A DNA stretch of 64,000 nt from Callorhinchus milii (Eukaryota), in contig NW_024704743.1 in NCBI RefSeq assembly GCF_018977255.1, forward strand, positions 36,210,001 to 36,274,000, in the 5' to 3' direction. Shown here in pieces: positions 1 through 13,985 of this stretch. Below the pieces are notes generated by a model, which saw only the letters and a program-made list of their open reading frames with translations, was not told the origin of the DNA and did no database searches. The stretch's first letter is position 1. Every line of letters begins with the position of its first letter. A program made the position numbers and the translations under genes.

Positions 1-179
1 AGAAAAGTCCAGCTGCAATTTTTCCAGGTAATCGGCTATAAGCAGTGTCCTCTGCTATAAAAGCGTTTCTGGCCCCGGGCTGTTTACCTGATGTCACTGT
101 GGGTGGAGCGAATTCGGACATACACGCGCGGTGCGGCGAAAGTGGGAAATGGGCTTCACTCCACTCAGAGGGGTTTCTG

Positions 180-420
180 TTGAGGTCTGTGTATCTCTGT
201 CACTCTATGTGTTTGTGAGTGTGTCTGTGTATGTCTATTTATCTCCCCGTTCTCTGTATGTATGTATTTGTGAGTGTGTCTCTTCTATATGTGTGTGTGT
301 TATTAAGTGTCTCTGTGTGAATGTGTGTCTCTCTCCTCGTCTGTGTGTGTGTGTGTGTGTATGTCTCTTTGTGTCTGAGCATGTATGTGTCTCTCTCTCT
401 CTGGGTCTCTGTGGTCTGTG
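180..420. repeat. degenerate (TG)n/(TC)n low-complexity microsatellite
   Basis: runs of gtgtgt and ctctct; source of the spurious ORFs 131-439 and 235-423. Confidence 0.9.
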
Positions 421-2971
421 CATGGTGCTGGGCCTTTAGAGGCAGGAGGGCGTGAGCTCCTGTAGCCCCTATTATTACTAATTGGTTATTACCAAAAGAC
501 GGGGGCGTAGGTGATCAGCCAAGGCCCATCGTGTAGTACATCACAAAGAGTGAAAGGAGCAAAAGAGAAATTGGATTAGCTGAGAATAAGTGGCTCCGGA
601 TATGGGTAATAAATGCAGTCGTTGACACGAGTTTTGCTAACAGTGGTTGACACAAGCTTTACCCTCTTTAAGGGAGGAACCCAAGAAGAGTTCTCCTGAC
701 TTTGTTATGGTTGATACTTGTTTAATCTGACTGGGATTCAAGAGCCTATTTACCCTGTTTTCCCCAAAGCATAGCCATCCCCAAGAGGTAACCTTCAGCT
801 ATGCTGTCCGCACCAAGTTTAAATGCTTCTCACTACCTCTGGCTACTATTCCACCATTCACAGTTTGAGCTCTCAGCCAGTCTCTACACAGCGAGTGATG
901 GGGTTTTCACATCGCTTACCTGTGCAGACTCGCCCTAAGCAGCAGGCGAGGACCACAGGCTGGAAGCAACAGAGCGAAATAACAACCTCCAACTAAGTGT
1001 GTAGGTGAATATCCAATGGGCAGGTGTTGGGACACTGCAAACCTCATCAGGGCTATGGAGGAAACTCCTGATCATTAACCATTGTACACACATATGGACA
1101 TTGGGTGAAGACAGGATAGGACTCAGCGATAACTTCCACCCCTGCCCCCTGGTTACTAATACTCACTATCAAGGCTTACACATGAATATTGGTCATTCGG
1201 CAAGATATCAGGTCAGAAGGGGAAGGGAATCCATTTCTGCAGTAAAGGGGTGGGGGGGGAGAGTGAAATCTTCTTTTCGAGAAACTTGGAAGAAAAAAAT
1301 TGACAGACAATCAATATAGGTGTTCGTGCTGGTTTTTGACCATTCCCTCATTGCTGTGGAATGCCCTGCACAGGGCAAATTTTACAGCACTGGAAGCTTT
1401 GGCATTATATCACCACCTCATGCTGAAGTGGATCTGCAATGGAGCAAGAAATAAAGTGATTAATACTGCGCAATTGCTTTCAGTGTTTTTTAAAAAAGTC
1501 CCACGCACAGTATTATTGTTGCAACATACTCCCATCATCTGCACAGGTAAAATCAACTCTCTGTACGAGACAGTTTCTAGGTCAGTGTTTTATCCCACAA
1601 ATATACAGTCAATTCACTTTACAGTACATTGTGTGAAACGCTTTGAGACGTCTTGAAGACCTGAAAAGGGCTGTATCAAATGCAAGGATTATTATTATAT
1701 TATCTGAAAGCCCTTTTAAGATTCAATTTGTTGCCATTGTTCTCACATCACAATAGTGCTTTATCAATCACTGTGATTCCGATAACCGAGGAGAAAAACC
1801 CAATCCTATTACCATTAATTATCACTTTATAGGTAATCAGTCTTCTGCGCTGTACTGGATTTATCATGGTCAGTATTGATGTTACAATGGTCATTACTGA
1901 TGTTATGGGTAAAGCCCTGAGCTTGAATCACCCTATAGAATGGTTTAGGATTTCTAAGCCATTGTGTTTTGATGGGGTAACGCAGAACTGCTGTCAATAG
2001 AAGTTAAACATATTGGTACCTGCCAATTGCTGCCTTTCCAAATAGCCTGCGTCCTATTTAAGTTCCAGGTAAAGGGGACAATGGAGGTTGAGGTGTGTGG
2101 GATATTGCTCCTCTCACTCTCACAGGGTCACCTGCAGATTACCAAAGTACTGTAGGTACGAGGAGATCTTTACAAGCCAATCATGGTGTATTCATACCAA
2201 ATGGTGTGTGCATGTATAATTTTTTTTTAGTGTTCGCACTTTATACATAACCTTGTGAGATCCCTAATGGGACACTATAAGCTTTGATTGCTAAAAGTGT
2301 GTTTTAAATTTTCAAATTATAAACTGTTTCTCTTCTGTAACCTGTCCAAAAATAGATAAGTATCATTTACAAGGAACTCAGTGGTGCAGTGAATTACACA
2401 TTTCACCTCTGGGATCGAAGTTCCAACAGTAATTGATGGGGTATGTCTTTGCCAACTGATCGGTTGCTGAGTAAATTCCACATGATCACAATTGTCAGAT
2501 AATGGCCTTAATCCTAAGGACATGACAATTTCCTTCATGTCCTGAATAAAACCTCCTGCAAGGTGGTGCACAATTTCTGATTGATTTTGCTTGTCCTAAT
2601 AATGGATGCATTGATGATAAATAGCATGCACTACAGTACAGTAAAAATTTACATTTGTATACTACCTTTCATGTCAGGAGAATGTCTCAAAGCGCTTAAT
2701 GTTGCTGGCTGGGCACCTCAGCTAGAGATATGTGCTGGGGTGCGCAAGGAGGAAAATGACCGAAGGTACGATCTAAGAGGTAGGTCTTGAGATGGACCTT
2801 GTATGAGGTGAGAGAGGGAACAAATCAGAGGGACTCCAGGATGGAGTTCCAGATAGTAGGGGCAGAAAGGCTGAAAGTCTGTCCGCTGATGGTGGGAAGG
2901 ATAGGGCAGAGACATGAAGCTCTCTGACTGAGATTAGTACATATTATTTTACATTCTAGTGTAGATGGAGT

Positions 2972-3291
2972 GGAGTCCTGTAGCTCAGTGGTTAGAGCAC
3001 TCGCTTTGCAAGCGAGAGACCTGAGTTCAATTCCAGGCAGGGCGAAACCTTGGGCAAGTTCCTTACTCCACACGTCTAATAATAATCCCTCCAAAACCAA
3101 AAACAATAATAAATTGGTCATTTTCAATCTACGACTGTTTGTGGGACATTGCTGTGTGCAATTGGCTGCCGCGTTCGCCCATAAATATACAGTCAATTCA
3201 CTTTACAGTGTGTTCTGTGAAGCGCTTTGGGACGTCCTTCCGACGTGAAAAGTGCTATATCAAATGCAAGGATTATTATTATTATTATTAT
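2972..3291 (+). mobile_element. tRNA-Ala-derived SINE, short subfamily, with L2-type 3' end and (TTA)n tail
   Basis: A box TAGCTCAGTGG, anticodon arm CTCGC-TTTGCAA-GCGAG, B box GTTCAATTCC; near-identical to other copies in the window. Confidence 0.92.
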
Positions 3292-4534
3292 AGATAAAAC
3301 AGAAATTGACACATTGGTGGGATTAAGAAAAACTAAACCCAGAACTTCATGACACACCAAGACCGCAGAACAAAAGGACATAGCTTTATTGTTGCCAAGG
3401 ACAATTTCACCAGAAAGTTTTATTTTTTCTGAGGTTAATTAACAACTGAACTGAGTGCCAGGAAAGGTGGTTGAGGCCAGGACACTGGACTTATTTAAAA
3501 AGCAGCTTGATGCTGTGCTTGGGAAGAAGGTAGGGTGGCTGTTCTGTGGGGATGAGATTAGATGAACCGAATCATGTGGCCACGTAGTTAGCAAGCCTTC
3601 TCAAATAGTTTCCCAGGTCACAAGGGATAGTTCATATTGTAGACAGGAAGAAGTGAAGGGGAAATGTTGCTCCATAAAATATTAAGCTGCTCAAAAGCTA
3701 CTCATTGGCACTTGAACATTTAAGCGAGTGACAGATCTTGCTTAAACGTGTTTAATCAGAAGGAAATAATAATTGCAGAGGAAGTGGCTAGTATGAGAGA
3801 CAGCTGATATTGGCATGCAAAGGTCCTGTGTGCCTATCTGATCTGTGGGTTCAGCTCTTGTATTGCACAAGACTGTCGGCATTTTTCCGATTAGATTGAG
3901 ACACAGAGCTATATTTATAACCTCCACCTTATCGGCTGTGCAACTGCTGCATGAGATGAGTGAATATGTTAGTTGCATAGAGAACGAGAGCGAAGGATTA
4001 CCTCAGTTATCATCAGGTTGCTCTGTGAGTTGCTAAACACAACCAGGAAGTGCTGTTTCCTTTTTTAACAATAGTTTTGTATTTGATTTTAATGTTAAAT
4101 CCTAATCTGTCCAAATCCATCATTAGAGAAATAATCGGCTGTCATAGCCCGAGGCAGGTTTGAAATGTCTTTGCTTGTGCTGCGTTTGTACTGAGGTGTA
4201 CCTAGTGATTCAGGGAGGTGACCTTTGATGGTGTGTGTCATGCAGCCACTTTGTGTTCTGCATCACAGAGACTGTATTTCTGCTTTATTTTATTTATATT
4301 TTCTCTTCTTTTTATTTTTCCTAAAGAACTTCTTGACTATTCAGCAACGTTAATTATAATCCTTACAATTAATACAGTGTCTTTTACATTAGGATGACTA
4401 TAGAACTAGAACCATAGAAATTTACAGCACAGAAGAAGGCCATTTAGTCCACGATGGCTGTGCTGGTACTTTTAAAGAGCAATCCATTCAGGACCATGAA
4501 CCTGCCTTTTCCCCATAACTATCTCAAAATGCTT

Positions 4535-4810
4535 CACAGGATATACTATAAACTGTTGTGACTGTGTATTGTTTTGTGGATGAAATGCGGCAGCCAATTT
4601 GTACATCTCAATGATCCTCAGCAGCTATATAGTCAATGTCGAATTTTATTAGGGGAATTGTTGACCAAAACACCAGAAGAACCTCGTTTCTCTTTTCAAA
4701 TAGTGTTTCTTTAATATCCACCTCAACAGACAAATAGGACCTTGGTTTAACATTCATCCGATGGATAGCACCTCCGACGATGCAACACATGCTCAGCACT
4801 GGACTGGATT
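4535..4810 (-). mobile_element. Deu-domain (SacSINE1/AmnSINE1-like) SINE fragment
   Basis: reverse strand reads ggtgctatccatcggatgaatgttaaaccaaggtcc; similar to 43525-43925. Confidence 0.65.
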
Positions 4811-5780
4811 CAATCAGTAGAGCAGGAGTGTGAGATCCACAGAGAAATTACTCTGCTATTATCAGCTCAAAGGATGGCTCACCACAGGAGGAGCCAACAC
4901 TGGATTGCTTTTTCCTTTTCCCCTCTGAGGAATTTAATTTCCCCCCTTGCTGATTTTCTGCCTTTTCCTCCTTCGTCAGCTTGGCTCGGTTGGTTACAGT
5001 TCCACCTCTGAGGCAGAAGGTTGTGGCTTCAAGACTGGGACTTTTAGCTCATAATCCAGGTTGACACTCCAGTGCAGTGCTGGGGGAACGCTGCATTTTC
5101 TGTGTTCCTGTTTGCTGGATAGCGCATATTGGTCACAATTAGGTGAGGACAGACTCGGACTTGGTTGTGATGTTCCCCACAGCCAAAATGTATTGAATCA
5201 CCATACTGGCTCACACCTAAGTTACCTAAGGACTGACTATTGAAGCTGACTTCCTCATTTTATCATATAGAAGACTACTTAAAAAATACAGTGCAGCCTT
5301 GTTATAATACGCTTCACTACATCACACATTGGCTTCTAATGCAGTTGCAGTGTGGAGCTCACTCACTGCGCATGTGCCCAACTGTCTCACTCATGCAACC
5401 AGCCCACTCGCTTTCTGCTCACCAACTAGCCAGGCCCCTTGTTTGCTGCTCATGCTAAAATGGTTGACTTCCAGGTCATTAGGTCACCTCGGACATTACT
5501 TCCCGCTTTAATGCGCTTTAGCATCCAGAAGTTAGCTTCCTGTGCTACAAAAAGGCTGGCTTCCTGCTTATCATATCACTTCCTGTTTTTTATTGCACAA
5601 ATGTCAAGAAATTATATTGTGGTAACTCAGCGTTTGGTGAGTTGTAGTGCGAGTCGGCCACCTGTGCAGATGTGCAATAAAACCCATTACCACACCTCAC
5701 TGTAACTGCTGGGATTTTGGGTACCAATCACATGAAAACAAAGCTATGCTGTATTCAGCAGGCACTTCTTGTGATTTTCA

Positions 5781-6318
5781 TTTGGTTAGCCGGGTGTCTG
5801 ACACATACAGAAACACATCACCATGCTGAAGAGTATCCAAACCAGAGTGAGAGTTCCACAAATGTATGACCTACACATGGAAATTTTTACTTATGTCTGA
5901 GATTCAGTATGTACTCTTTCCTAGGTGGGAAGCACCCTGCTTTCCTAATTCTGGACAGTATTAGGCATAGGTTGGCAAAGCCAAGGCTTGGGGATCCCAG
6001 AATGTGCATTGGGATACTGCTGGAGTTTAATCAGTTAAAACCACATAGATTGTCCTAGCTGGCAAGAAAGGAAGCTTGCATTAGGATCCTGGCTTGCAAA
6101 GTTAACATGAGTTGAGTGGTAAAAATCCCTGCCCCCAGTGACTGATCTGGCCTTCGAAGTCCTACAGGTGAGCCAGGCTGTCATCAGTGCCCTGGAATAC
6201 TGCAGACTCGCCTGGCTCAGGAACTCGACCACCAAAACCACCACGTAGGGCAGGCTCGATTCCAACATTTTGTTGTCAAACATCTCACCTTGGAGCCAAT
6301 TCAGCTCCAAGGAGACCC
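5781..6318 (-). mobile_element. unclassified poly(A)-tailed retroposon family A
   Basis: colinear with 39880-40410, 35683-36065 and 48415-48877; shared 3' end ...gtcagacacc(c)rgct(g/a)acc(A)n. Confidence 0.8.
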
Positions 6319-8722
6319 CATTTAACTCTTCTCCTATCCCTCTGCCTTGCCCCCTTGTTCCCCATCTTCAAGACCTTCCTCTTCGACTGTGCCTTCTGTC
6401 ACCTCCCAGCTTGATGTCGTTTCTGCCACTGTCAAACATTCTGGGATGGTACTCTGTGTGAGAAGCGCTATATAAATGCAAGTTGTAGTTGTCATTTTTC
6501 ATCTTTTTATTTGCAATAAATTGCATTAATTATGCCAAAAAAGGTAAATTGATATTGTGTTATAACAAGCTGGTAATGGAAGGAAAGTTTCTCTTTTGGA
6601 TTCATTGGGAGTGAAAACTTACCTGTTGGTATTTAGCACTCACCTAGTGAGGGCTGGATATTGTTAATTTAGGCAGTAAAGTGCACTTGGCTGGTACCAT
6701 AGTAATGTTAGAACATATTATAGTGCATTCAACATGCTGGTAAAATATTAATGCAAGCTGATGGGAAATATAATTTTGGCCAATTATTCGGGATTGTGTA
6801 TTCAGTTACATTTAAATGGGCTGGAGTTCTTGATTCATTCTGTAAAGCATTCTTCTGGAGTTATGTTGCACTCAGAACGGGCTTATCTTTACTCGGGTGA
6901 AAAGTGAGTTTCCTTGATCATCATGCAAAATGCTTCAGTGGAAAGAATGAATAATATTTTTATATTATGAGTTTGCCTCTGAAGACAAGTCCTAATGTAA
7001 AACGAGCACCGAATTTCCCTAAACTACTTGGAATTAGATCCTCAGTTGGCGTCTGCACACAGGAGCCTTGTGACATTTCATACTTGCAGGGGTATCTCGA
7101 AATGCCCCTGAACAAGACATTGCTCAGCATTTTGAAAGTAATGGTCAGTAATGGTCAATTTTTATGCAATTTTCTCTCTGTATGTTCTGAAGATTGGGGT
7201 ACCACACTCCAAACTACAGCCTGCTGATACCTCATCCATTTGAACAGGCAAATGGTCCTCAATTTAATCTCTCATATAATAGATAGAATAATTAACACAG
7301 ACTGAAATGATTGGAATTCTTTTCACATGATTGATTTTTTTTTTGAAAATCACTCATAAGAAGACTTCCTCCTTAACTAGGAATTTTGTGGAATAAATTA
7401 ATTAAATGAAAAAGCTCCACATCAGAGCAGATCTCGGGGGTTATAATAGCAGTCATCAAATGGAAGACGTCAGGCTCAGAGCATCAGTCATCATTGTTAC
7501 CACGTTTCAAACCCAAACTGTTAACAAGCTAAAAGCATCACTACATTTTTAACACCCACAAATTATGCTACAGATGCGTAGTATGGAAATGATGGGTAAA
7601 AATTGATTGAACCTTATTTAAATAACTGGATATATTGCATCTTAGCGAATTATGCAATGTAGCGATGAATCATTCAGCCCTTATATATAGCGTTTGCTGA
7701 TCTCATGACAGTTCCTTGCAGCTGGTGCAGAGAGTACAAACAGCTCAATGCTAGTGGCAGCAAGACATTTTTTCCATTTGATGTTCAGTTCTCCAGATTG
7801 CTTCTGTTAGCTGCCATGAGAAAGGTTGTGTAAGGTCAGTGGCAATCTTTTTATTTTACAGTCCTTTATACTGCAACATTTCTTGCAAAAGTCAAGTAGA
7901 CCGTATCTAACGACTGATGCACAAACTTGACTGATTAAGTGAGTGATGGAGTGGTAGATCCTGTAACTGAAGGAAAGTTTGAAGATGCTGATGCTTATTT
8001 TAAATCATGTGAACCGTTCAACATTGGTTGTTCGACCACACAGCTTATTGATTCTGTGGGTAGGTGAGAAGAAGGGCATAAGATCAGTGGTTCACTAACT
8101 AACACTGACATGTTACTAATACTTATTTAGAACTGGGTTTGGATGATGTTTTCAGATCACAATATCCCAAAGAAGCAACTCTTTTACTTTCAACAATGCA
8201 AACAGTATCTTCTTCTATGTATATTTTAATATAAAAGTTTGACATATTTCTCATTCCTGATGTAAACATTTTATGTCAGAGGATTTTTGAAACTCCGGAT
8301 ATATCAATCAAAAACACAAGCATTTTGTAAGTCGGAAAGCCTTCCCTAATAAAGTAGGTCAGAAGGTTGTGGTTTCAAGCCCAATGTTGGGACTTGAGCC
8401 ATGGAATGCTATGATCCCTTGATGCTATTCAAAAAGAAAAGGGAGTTTATTTCAGTGACCTAACCAACAATCCTCCAGATATAACAACAAATTAGCAACA
8501 AATTGCATGTGTATATCGCCTTTCAAATCGGGAGACATCCTAAAGCAATGGACAAGTCGAGGATGTACACCTCAATATAAATTGAGTATTCATCTCATAA
8601 GTGTTTGGGTGACCTTGTTACTCACAAAAATATAATCTTTAAATTATATTTTGGTAATTTTTGTAATCTTTGCATTTGTACAGTCACTATACTTGATAGT
8701 TTTGAGATATTCCAATTTGATT

Positions 8723-9050
8723 ATAACAACAACAAATTACATTTGTACACGCATTTCATGTCAGGAGGACATCCCAAGGCGTTGGACAGTCAGGGATCTG
8801 CACCCGAGCTGGTGGTTGGGATCGGGGGTGTGGGGGGTGGGGAGGGTAGGGGTGACCAAAGGCATAGTTGATGAAGAGGGTCTTGAATAAAGCAGAAGGA
8901 ATGTGGGATGGCGTTTCAGAGGGTGGAGACAGAGTGACTAAAGGCCCACCTGCCAATGGTGGGGCAGGCAAAGCGGGGGACGTGAAGCAGGCCGGAGTCC
9001 ACTAAGTGGAGTGAGTGGACAGGATGGTAGGAGGTAGGAGGTCCTCATGG
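8723..9050 (-). mobile_element. L2-clade LINE 3' fragment
   Basis: (aac)n tail followed by ggaggacatcccaaggcg and G-rich body shared with 26608-27128. Confidence 0.75.
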
Positions 9051-10403
9051 TAACCTGGCCCACAATCCCCAGATAGCATTCTTTCACTTAACGGCTGTTT
9101 GTGGGACAATGCATAAATTGGCTGCTGAATTTGCCTACAAACTACACAGTCAGAACACTTCACAGTAAAATCCTCTGAAGATCTTATGAAAGGTGATACA
9201 TCAAATTTAAGGATTATCATTATTTATTATTAATATCATTATTAAATAACCACCATTCCAACCAGAAGTACTAGAGGACAACTGGGATCCTTTGAATCAA
9301 ATCCAGTGGAAGAAAGAAGGAATCCAAAAAGGTGAATAATTGGACAGCAGTGCTGGATTTTAATGACATTTCCAAGGTCTGGATCCTCTGAATTTAGGAC
9401 ACTAGGTTTGTTTGTTCTAAACCTGTTGAAATAAAATAACAATAGATTCTTTGTTATTCGTGTGGCTTCACTTTCTTTTAAGAACTACAGAAAAAGCACT
9501 TCAACATTAAGACTGAATTCAACAATTTCCAAAACCTGGACACTCTAAAACACTAAGAAAATAAATAAAGTAAATGTAGACCCAGGTGAAATTTCTCCCC
9601 AAATACTATTAAGGCTAAGACCGGAATACCAAGACACTTTAATTCATTGTAAATTCTGAAATTATGTTTGGGCGCAAAAATGTGAGTAAGAATTGAGGTG
9701 CAGTTTCTCAGTCTTTGGGTTTCCAGCAACTTGTTTAGAGATCACTTGAGCTTCTTTTGTTGTTTAATCAGGTTGTTGCCTGAAGTTAATGAATTGATCA
9801 ATCTCCTTGTAGCTCCCTCTTGGGCACCTGTTTTTACATTCATGTGCAGTCATTTTAAATGTTCCGAGAAATTATTCAAGAGCACTTTAGTGAAATTAGA
9901 CCTATTCCAGCACAGCTATTGCTGCCAGATGAATCACAGCTATTTTGCAGACTTAAGTGTGCATGATGCTGCACTTTATGTTTTATAATAGAATCTGATT
10001 TTAATCAAACAAATCAGTGAGAACTTTTGATATTAAATAAAATATAGTCGGATCAGCAATATGCATAGAACTCTTATGTTGATCTATCAGCACATGGTTT
10101 GTTTAAAAGGTTAAGCTACGCTCAAGGACAGTATCTCAATGGGAGCCAGGCCGGTTCCAGTGAGAAGTAAGCAGCGACTTCACAACCAATCAAAACTAGC
10201 TGCAAAGGTATTTTTGCGAATGGCTTGCCTATTCATTGCATGTTGCAATATGCACGGGAGTACGGTGATTGTCACAGAGGTATTGAGTTTCTTGGACTTT
10301 GAATTAAAGAAGAATGAATGGTAAATTAATCTTGCTGCTCAGTGGAGCAACTTTGACATACTGGAACAGTCAATTTACATTCACGACCCACCATGCTAAT
10401 TGT

Positions 10404-10756
10404 GGAGTCCTGTAGCATATTGATTAGAGCGCTCACCTCGCAAGCGAGAGGACCCATCTTTGATTACTGGGTGAGTAAGTTTCCTTACTCAACACGCCTC
10501 TGTTTATCTAACAGTAAGTAGTAACCCGGTTGTTAGTTGAATGGCAGATCGCTTTTCTGGGCGTAATAATCCCTTACAAAAAAATAATAATTTGGTCATT
10601 CAGTCCTTGGTTGTTTGTTGGACATTGTGGTGCGCAATTGGCTGCCGCGTTTTGCCCACAAACATACAGTCAATTCACTTTGCAGTATATTGTGTGAAGC
10701 GCTTTGAGACATCTCAACAAGGCGCAATATCAAATGCAAGGATTATTATCATTATA
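10404..10756 (+). mobile_element. tRNA-Ala SINE, long subfamily (retains ctctgtttacctagcagtaagtaggaacccgg segment)
   Basis: same head and tail as the short copies plus a ~60 bp internal segment shared with 25394-25720 and 50171-50495. Confidence 0.85.
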
Positions 10757-11212
10757 ATTGCAACTTCCAGGATTGCGATCAATTTTGTGATAACAAATTT
10801 GCTAACAAAGATGGGATCCCAACACTGACAAAGACCATTTTGATGCTGGAACTTTACTTTACAATCTTTAGTTCATCTTTTCAGGCAGTTTTCGGCAAAA
10901 AGAATTCCTGAAAGCAAAACTTCACAACCCAACTTTCACTTTGCTATCAGTGGACAACATTTTGCCTTTGAGCCATTTGTGCTGTAATTTCTATGATTGC
11001 GTTTTTAATTTTCACAACTGTTGTTTTAGGAAGATCTAAAAGCCATTGCCTATAATGAGCACCGACCGTCCACATTACATAATTAGGAGCCTGTAGTGCA
11101 AGGTGTTGAGTGATTATCTTCTGAAGAAGGTCAATTGTACAAATAAATCCCAGGTCTGTCCGTTGCTCAGCTAAGATTGAATAAACTTTTGAGCTGAATT
11201 TTCTCCCCGCGA

Positions 11213-11890
11213 ACCTTGGCTCAGTTGGTAGCACTCTCGTTTTTTAGTCTCATATCAGGACTTTGAGCTTGTGATCTAGGCTGACAATCCAGTGCAGCAG
11301 TGTGAGAGAGGTGTATTGTTGGAGATGCAATCCTTTGGATGAAATATTAAAATGAGGTCTTGTCTCTCTTTTCAGGTGCATGTTAACAACAACAATAAAA
11401 TTACATTTGTCTAGCGCCTTTCACGTCAGGAGGACATCCCAAGGCGCTGGACAGACATAGTTACGGACCGGAGCTGAGGGTCGGGGTGAGGGAGGGTGAA
11501 GGGCAGTGGGGGAAGCAGGGAGATTGAAAGCACGGTCAAAGAGGAGGGTCTTGAAAGTAGCGAGGAAGGGGTCGAGACAGAGGGACTATGGGATGGAGGT
11601 GCAGAGTGGCGGAAGGCCCGCCCTCCAATAGTGGAGCGAGCAAGGCGGGGGACATGAAGCAGGCCGGAGTTAAAGAGTGTCAAGGATGTTTCTTCCAGAG
11701 TCCTGGCCACCAATCCCCAGATAAAATTGATCATTCACTTCATGGCTGTTTGTGAGATAATGCTGTGTGCAAATTGTCTGCTGCATTCGCCGAAAAAATA
11801 CAGTCAATACACTTTGCAATAAATCCTGTGAAGTACTTTGAGATGTCTTAAGGACATGATAAGGCATTGTATCAATGCAGGGAATATTGT
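11213..11890 (+). mobile_element. Deu-domain SINE interrupted by an L2 3' fragment (- strand, ~11386-11668)
   Basis: head ccttggctcagttggtagcactctc and Deu-like core; SINE resumes after the L2 piece; gttaa on both sides of the insert. Confidence 0.75.
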
Positions 11891-13294
11891 TACTATTAAA
11901 AATAAACAATGACAATATTTGTCAATGGATCTTATTATGTGACTATTTCTAACAAGATCTCTTAAGAATGAAATTGATTTGGGAATCCTAATAATCAGTT
12001 ACAAGTCACGCCGATGACTGGGAACTCTGCTCAGGGGGTAAATTTACTTTGAAGCAGTATTCCTGTTGATTGACATGAAGTACTTCTACTTTCCTCAACA
12101 ACAGTTTAATTTTGGTTACCTTTCATGTCGGGAGGACGTCTCAAAGCACTTCACTCACCTAAGGTATCCTGTTAGAAATTGCTTTAAATTAGACACCAGT
12201 AACAACGTGTGAAGCACTTTAAACATGATAAGGCATTATAAAATTATGTTACGCTCAACAGTATTTATTATATTTCTATATAATCAATAGTATTACATTT
12301 AGAATAAAATGAAATTGGTTTAGGAACTCTTGTTTTTATTTGTTCACTTTTTTTATCACATTAGCAGTTATTTGAATCAAAATGAAATTTCAGCACAATA
12401 TGAAGCTTTTCACCCATCTGGAGTTATCAACTCTAATCCCCTTACCCTGCTCTCTCACTTTCTATAATTTTTAATATTGCCTTTCCAATTTCTTTTAAAT
12501 ATAGTAAACTCTCATATATACAGAATTTGTACCTTGCTGGACCAGGCCCCAAACAGATTTTTAAAAAAACAATTGCCAGCCCACACAGGCCATCAGTGGC
12601 TTTAATCCACTTTGACTCAGTTTGAATCTCGCAGCAAAGGACATCTGATTCACTATCTTCTGCTTATGGGATTCAAACAATTACAATGCCAGTAATGGCA
12701 TTAACTAGCATTTTTTGGCCCTGGATAAAAGCCAGGGCCGAAAAAAGCCGGTAAACGTCAGCACCGGAATTGTAATTATACTTAGCCAGAAATTTCAGCT
12801 CGCCAAACTGGATTTTCCCCCCATTCCTGTCCAGCTAGTCATAATTTAATTGTATTCTTATCTACTGGATCTACAATACCAAATCTACTGGAATTGGCTT
12901 CAGCTGCCTTTTATAGGAATGAATTCCACAGCCGTGTGGTGAAAATTGAGATGCTGTAGTGTGTTAATTAACATTTATGTGCTAATTAACACATCATTAA
13001 AATTAGCAACCTCAAGATAATTAACACATCCATTTGTGCTGGAGGCAGAGCTCCCTTAAAATTTGCTTCTAATATAGTCAGCTGTCTCACACACAGGGTG
13101 GATCTTTGGTCGCAGATTGGCTCACGGTTCACAACTGGTATTGGAGTGGCAGTTATCAGGATACCAGCTTTTCACAGGTTTTGATTAGTTTTGTTTTTGT
13201 ATAGATCCCTGAAGTTCAGTATCTTAAATTGTTTTACTAGATTTACAAGAATGATACCAGGGATTGGGGGAGGGGGTGCTTTAGGTGCCACCTT

Positions 13295-13985
13295 ACTAAG
13301 CCAGTCTGGAACCTTGGCGTCTTGTTTGACCCTCAACTATCCTTTCTACCCCACATCCATGCCATGTCGTGCTCTGCCTTCCCCCACTTCCGCAGCATCT
13401 CCCGGCTCCATCACTGCCTCACAACGCTAACCACCAAGGCGCTCATACACGCAATCATAACATCCAGGTTCAACTACGCAAACTCCCTGCTTGTCGGGCT
13501 CCCCAACTGCTCCCTCCATTGGCGGCAGATCATCCAGAACTTTGCAGCCCATGCCCTCTCCCACACCAGGTGCTGACCCTATCACCCTTATCCTCACCCG
13601 ACTCCACAGGCGTCCCATCACACAGAGGATACAGTTCAAAATCCTGATCCTCACCTTAAAAGCCCTCCAGGGCCTTGCTTCCCCCTACCTCTGCGACCTC
13701 CTAACCTCCTACCAACCTGCTTGCTCCCTCCGCTCAGCGGGCTCCAGCCTGCTTCCCGTCTCCAGCCTCGACTGTGCCCACCATTGGCGGGCGAGCCTTC
13801 AGCCACTCTGCTCCCACCCTCTGGAACTCCATCCCGCAGTCCCTCTGTCTCATCCCCTCCCTTGCCTCTGCATTTTTCCCCACCAAATATACAGTCAATT
13901 TACTTTACATTATATTTTGTGAAGCACTTCGAGACGTATCGAAGATGTGATAAAGCACTATATTAAATGCAAGGAATATTACTAC
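13295..13985 (+). mobile_element. L2 LINE ORF2 C-terminal fragment ending in a SINE-type 3' tail
   Basis: translations FDPQLSFLPHI, ALIHAIITSRFNYANSLLVGLP and RIQFKILILTLKALQGLASPYLCDLL are typical of the L2 RT C-terminus; frameshifted. Confidence 0.88.

Noticed and set aside
50..135. TATAAAAG plus CpG-rich patch as a promoter
   Set aside because: Too short, at the window edge, with no supportable first exon.
131..439. 102 aa Val/Cys-rich ORF
   Set aside because: Translation of a TG/TC microsatellite.
905..990. HDV-like ribozyme on the minus strand (TCCTCG resembles L3)
   Set aside because: No consistent P1, P2 and P3 pairing could be built by eye.
2972..3045. Apparent tRNA-Ala genes at SINE heads
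   Set aside because: The acceptor stem does not close and each continues into a SINE body and tail.
6140..6200. Hammerhead in family A (CTGATGA on the minus strand)
   Set aside because: No GAAA core after a stem II, and the motif is not kept in all copies.
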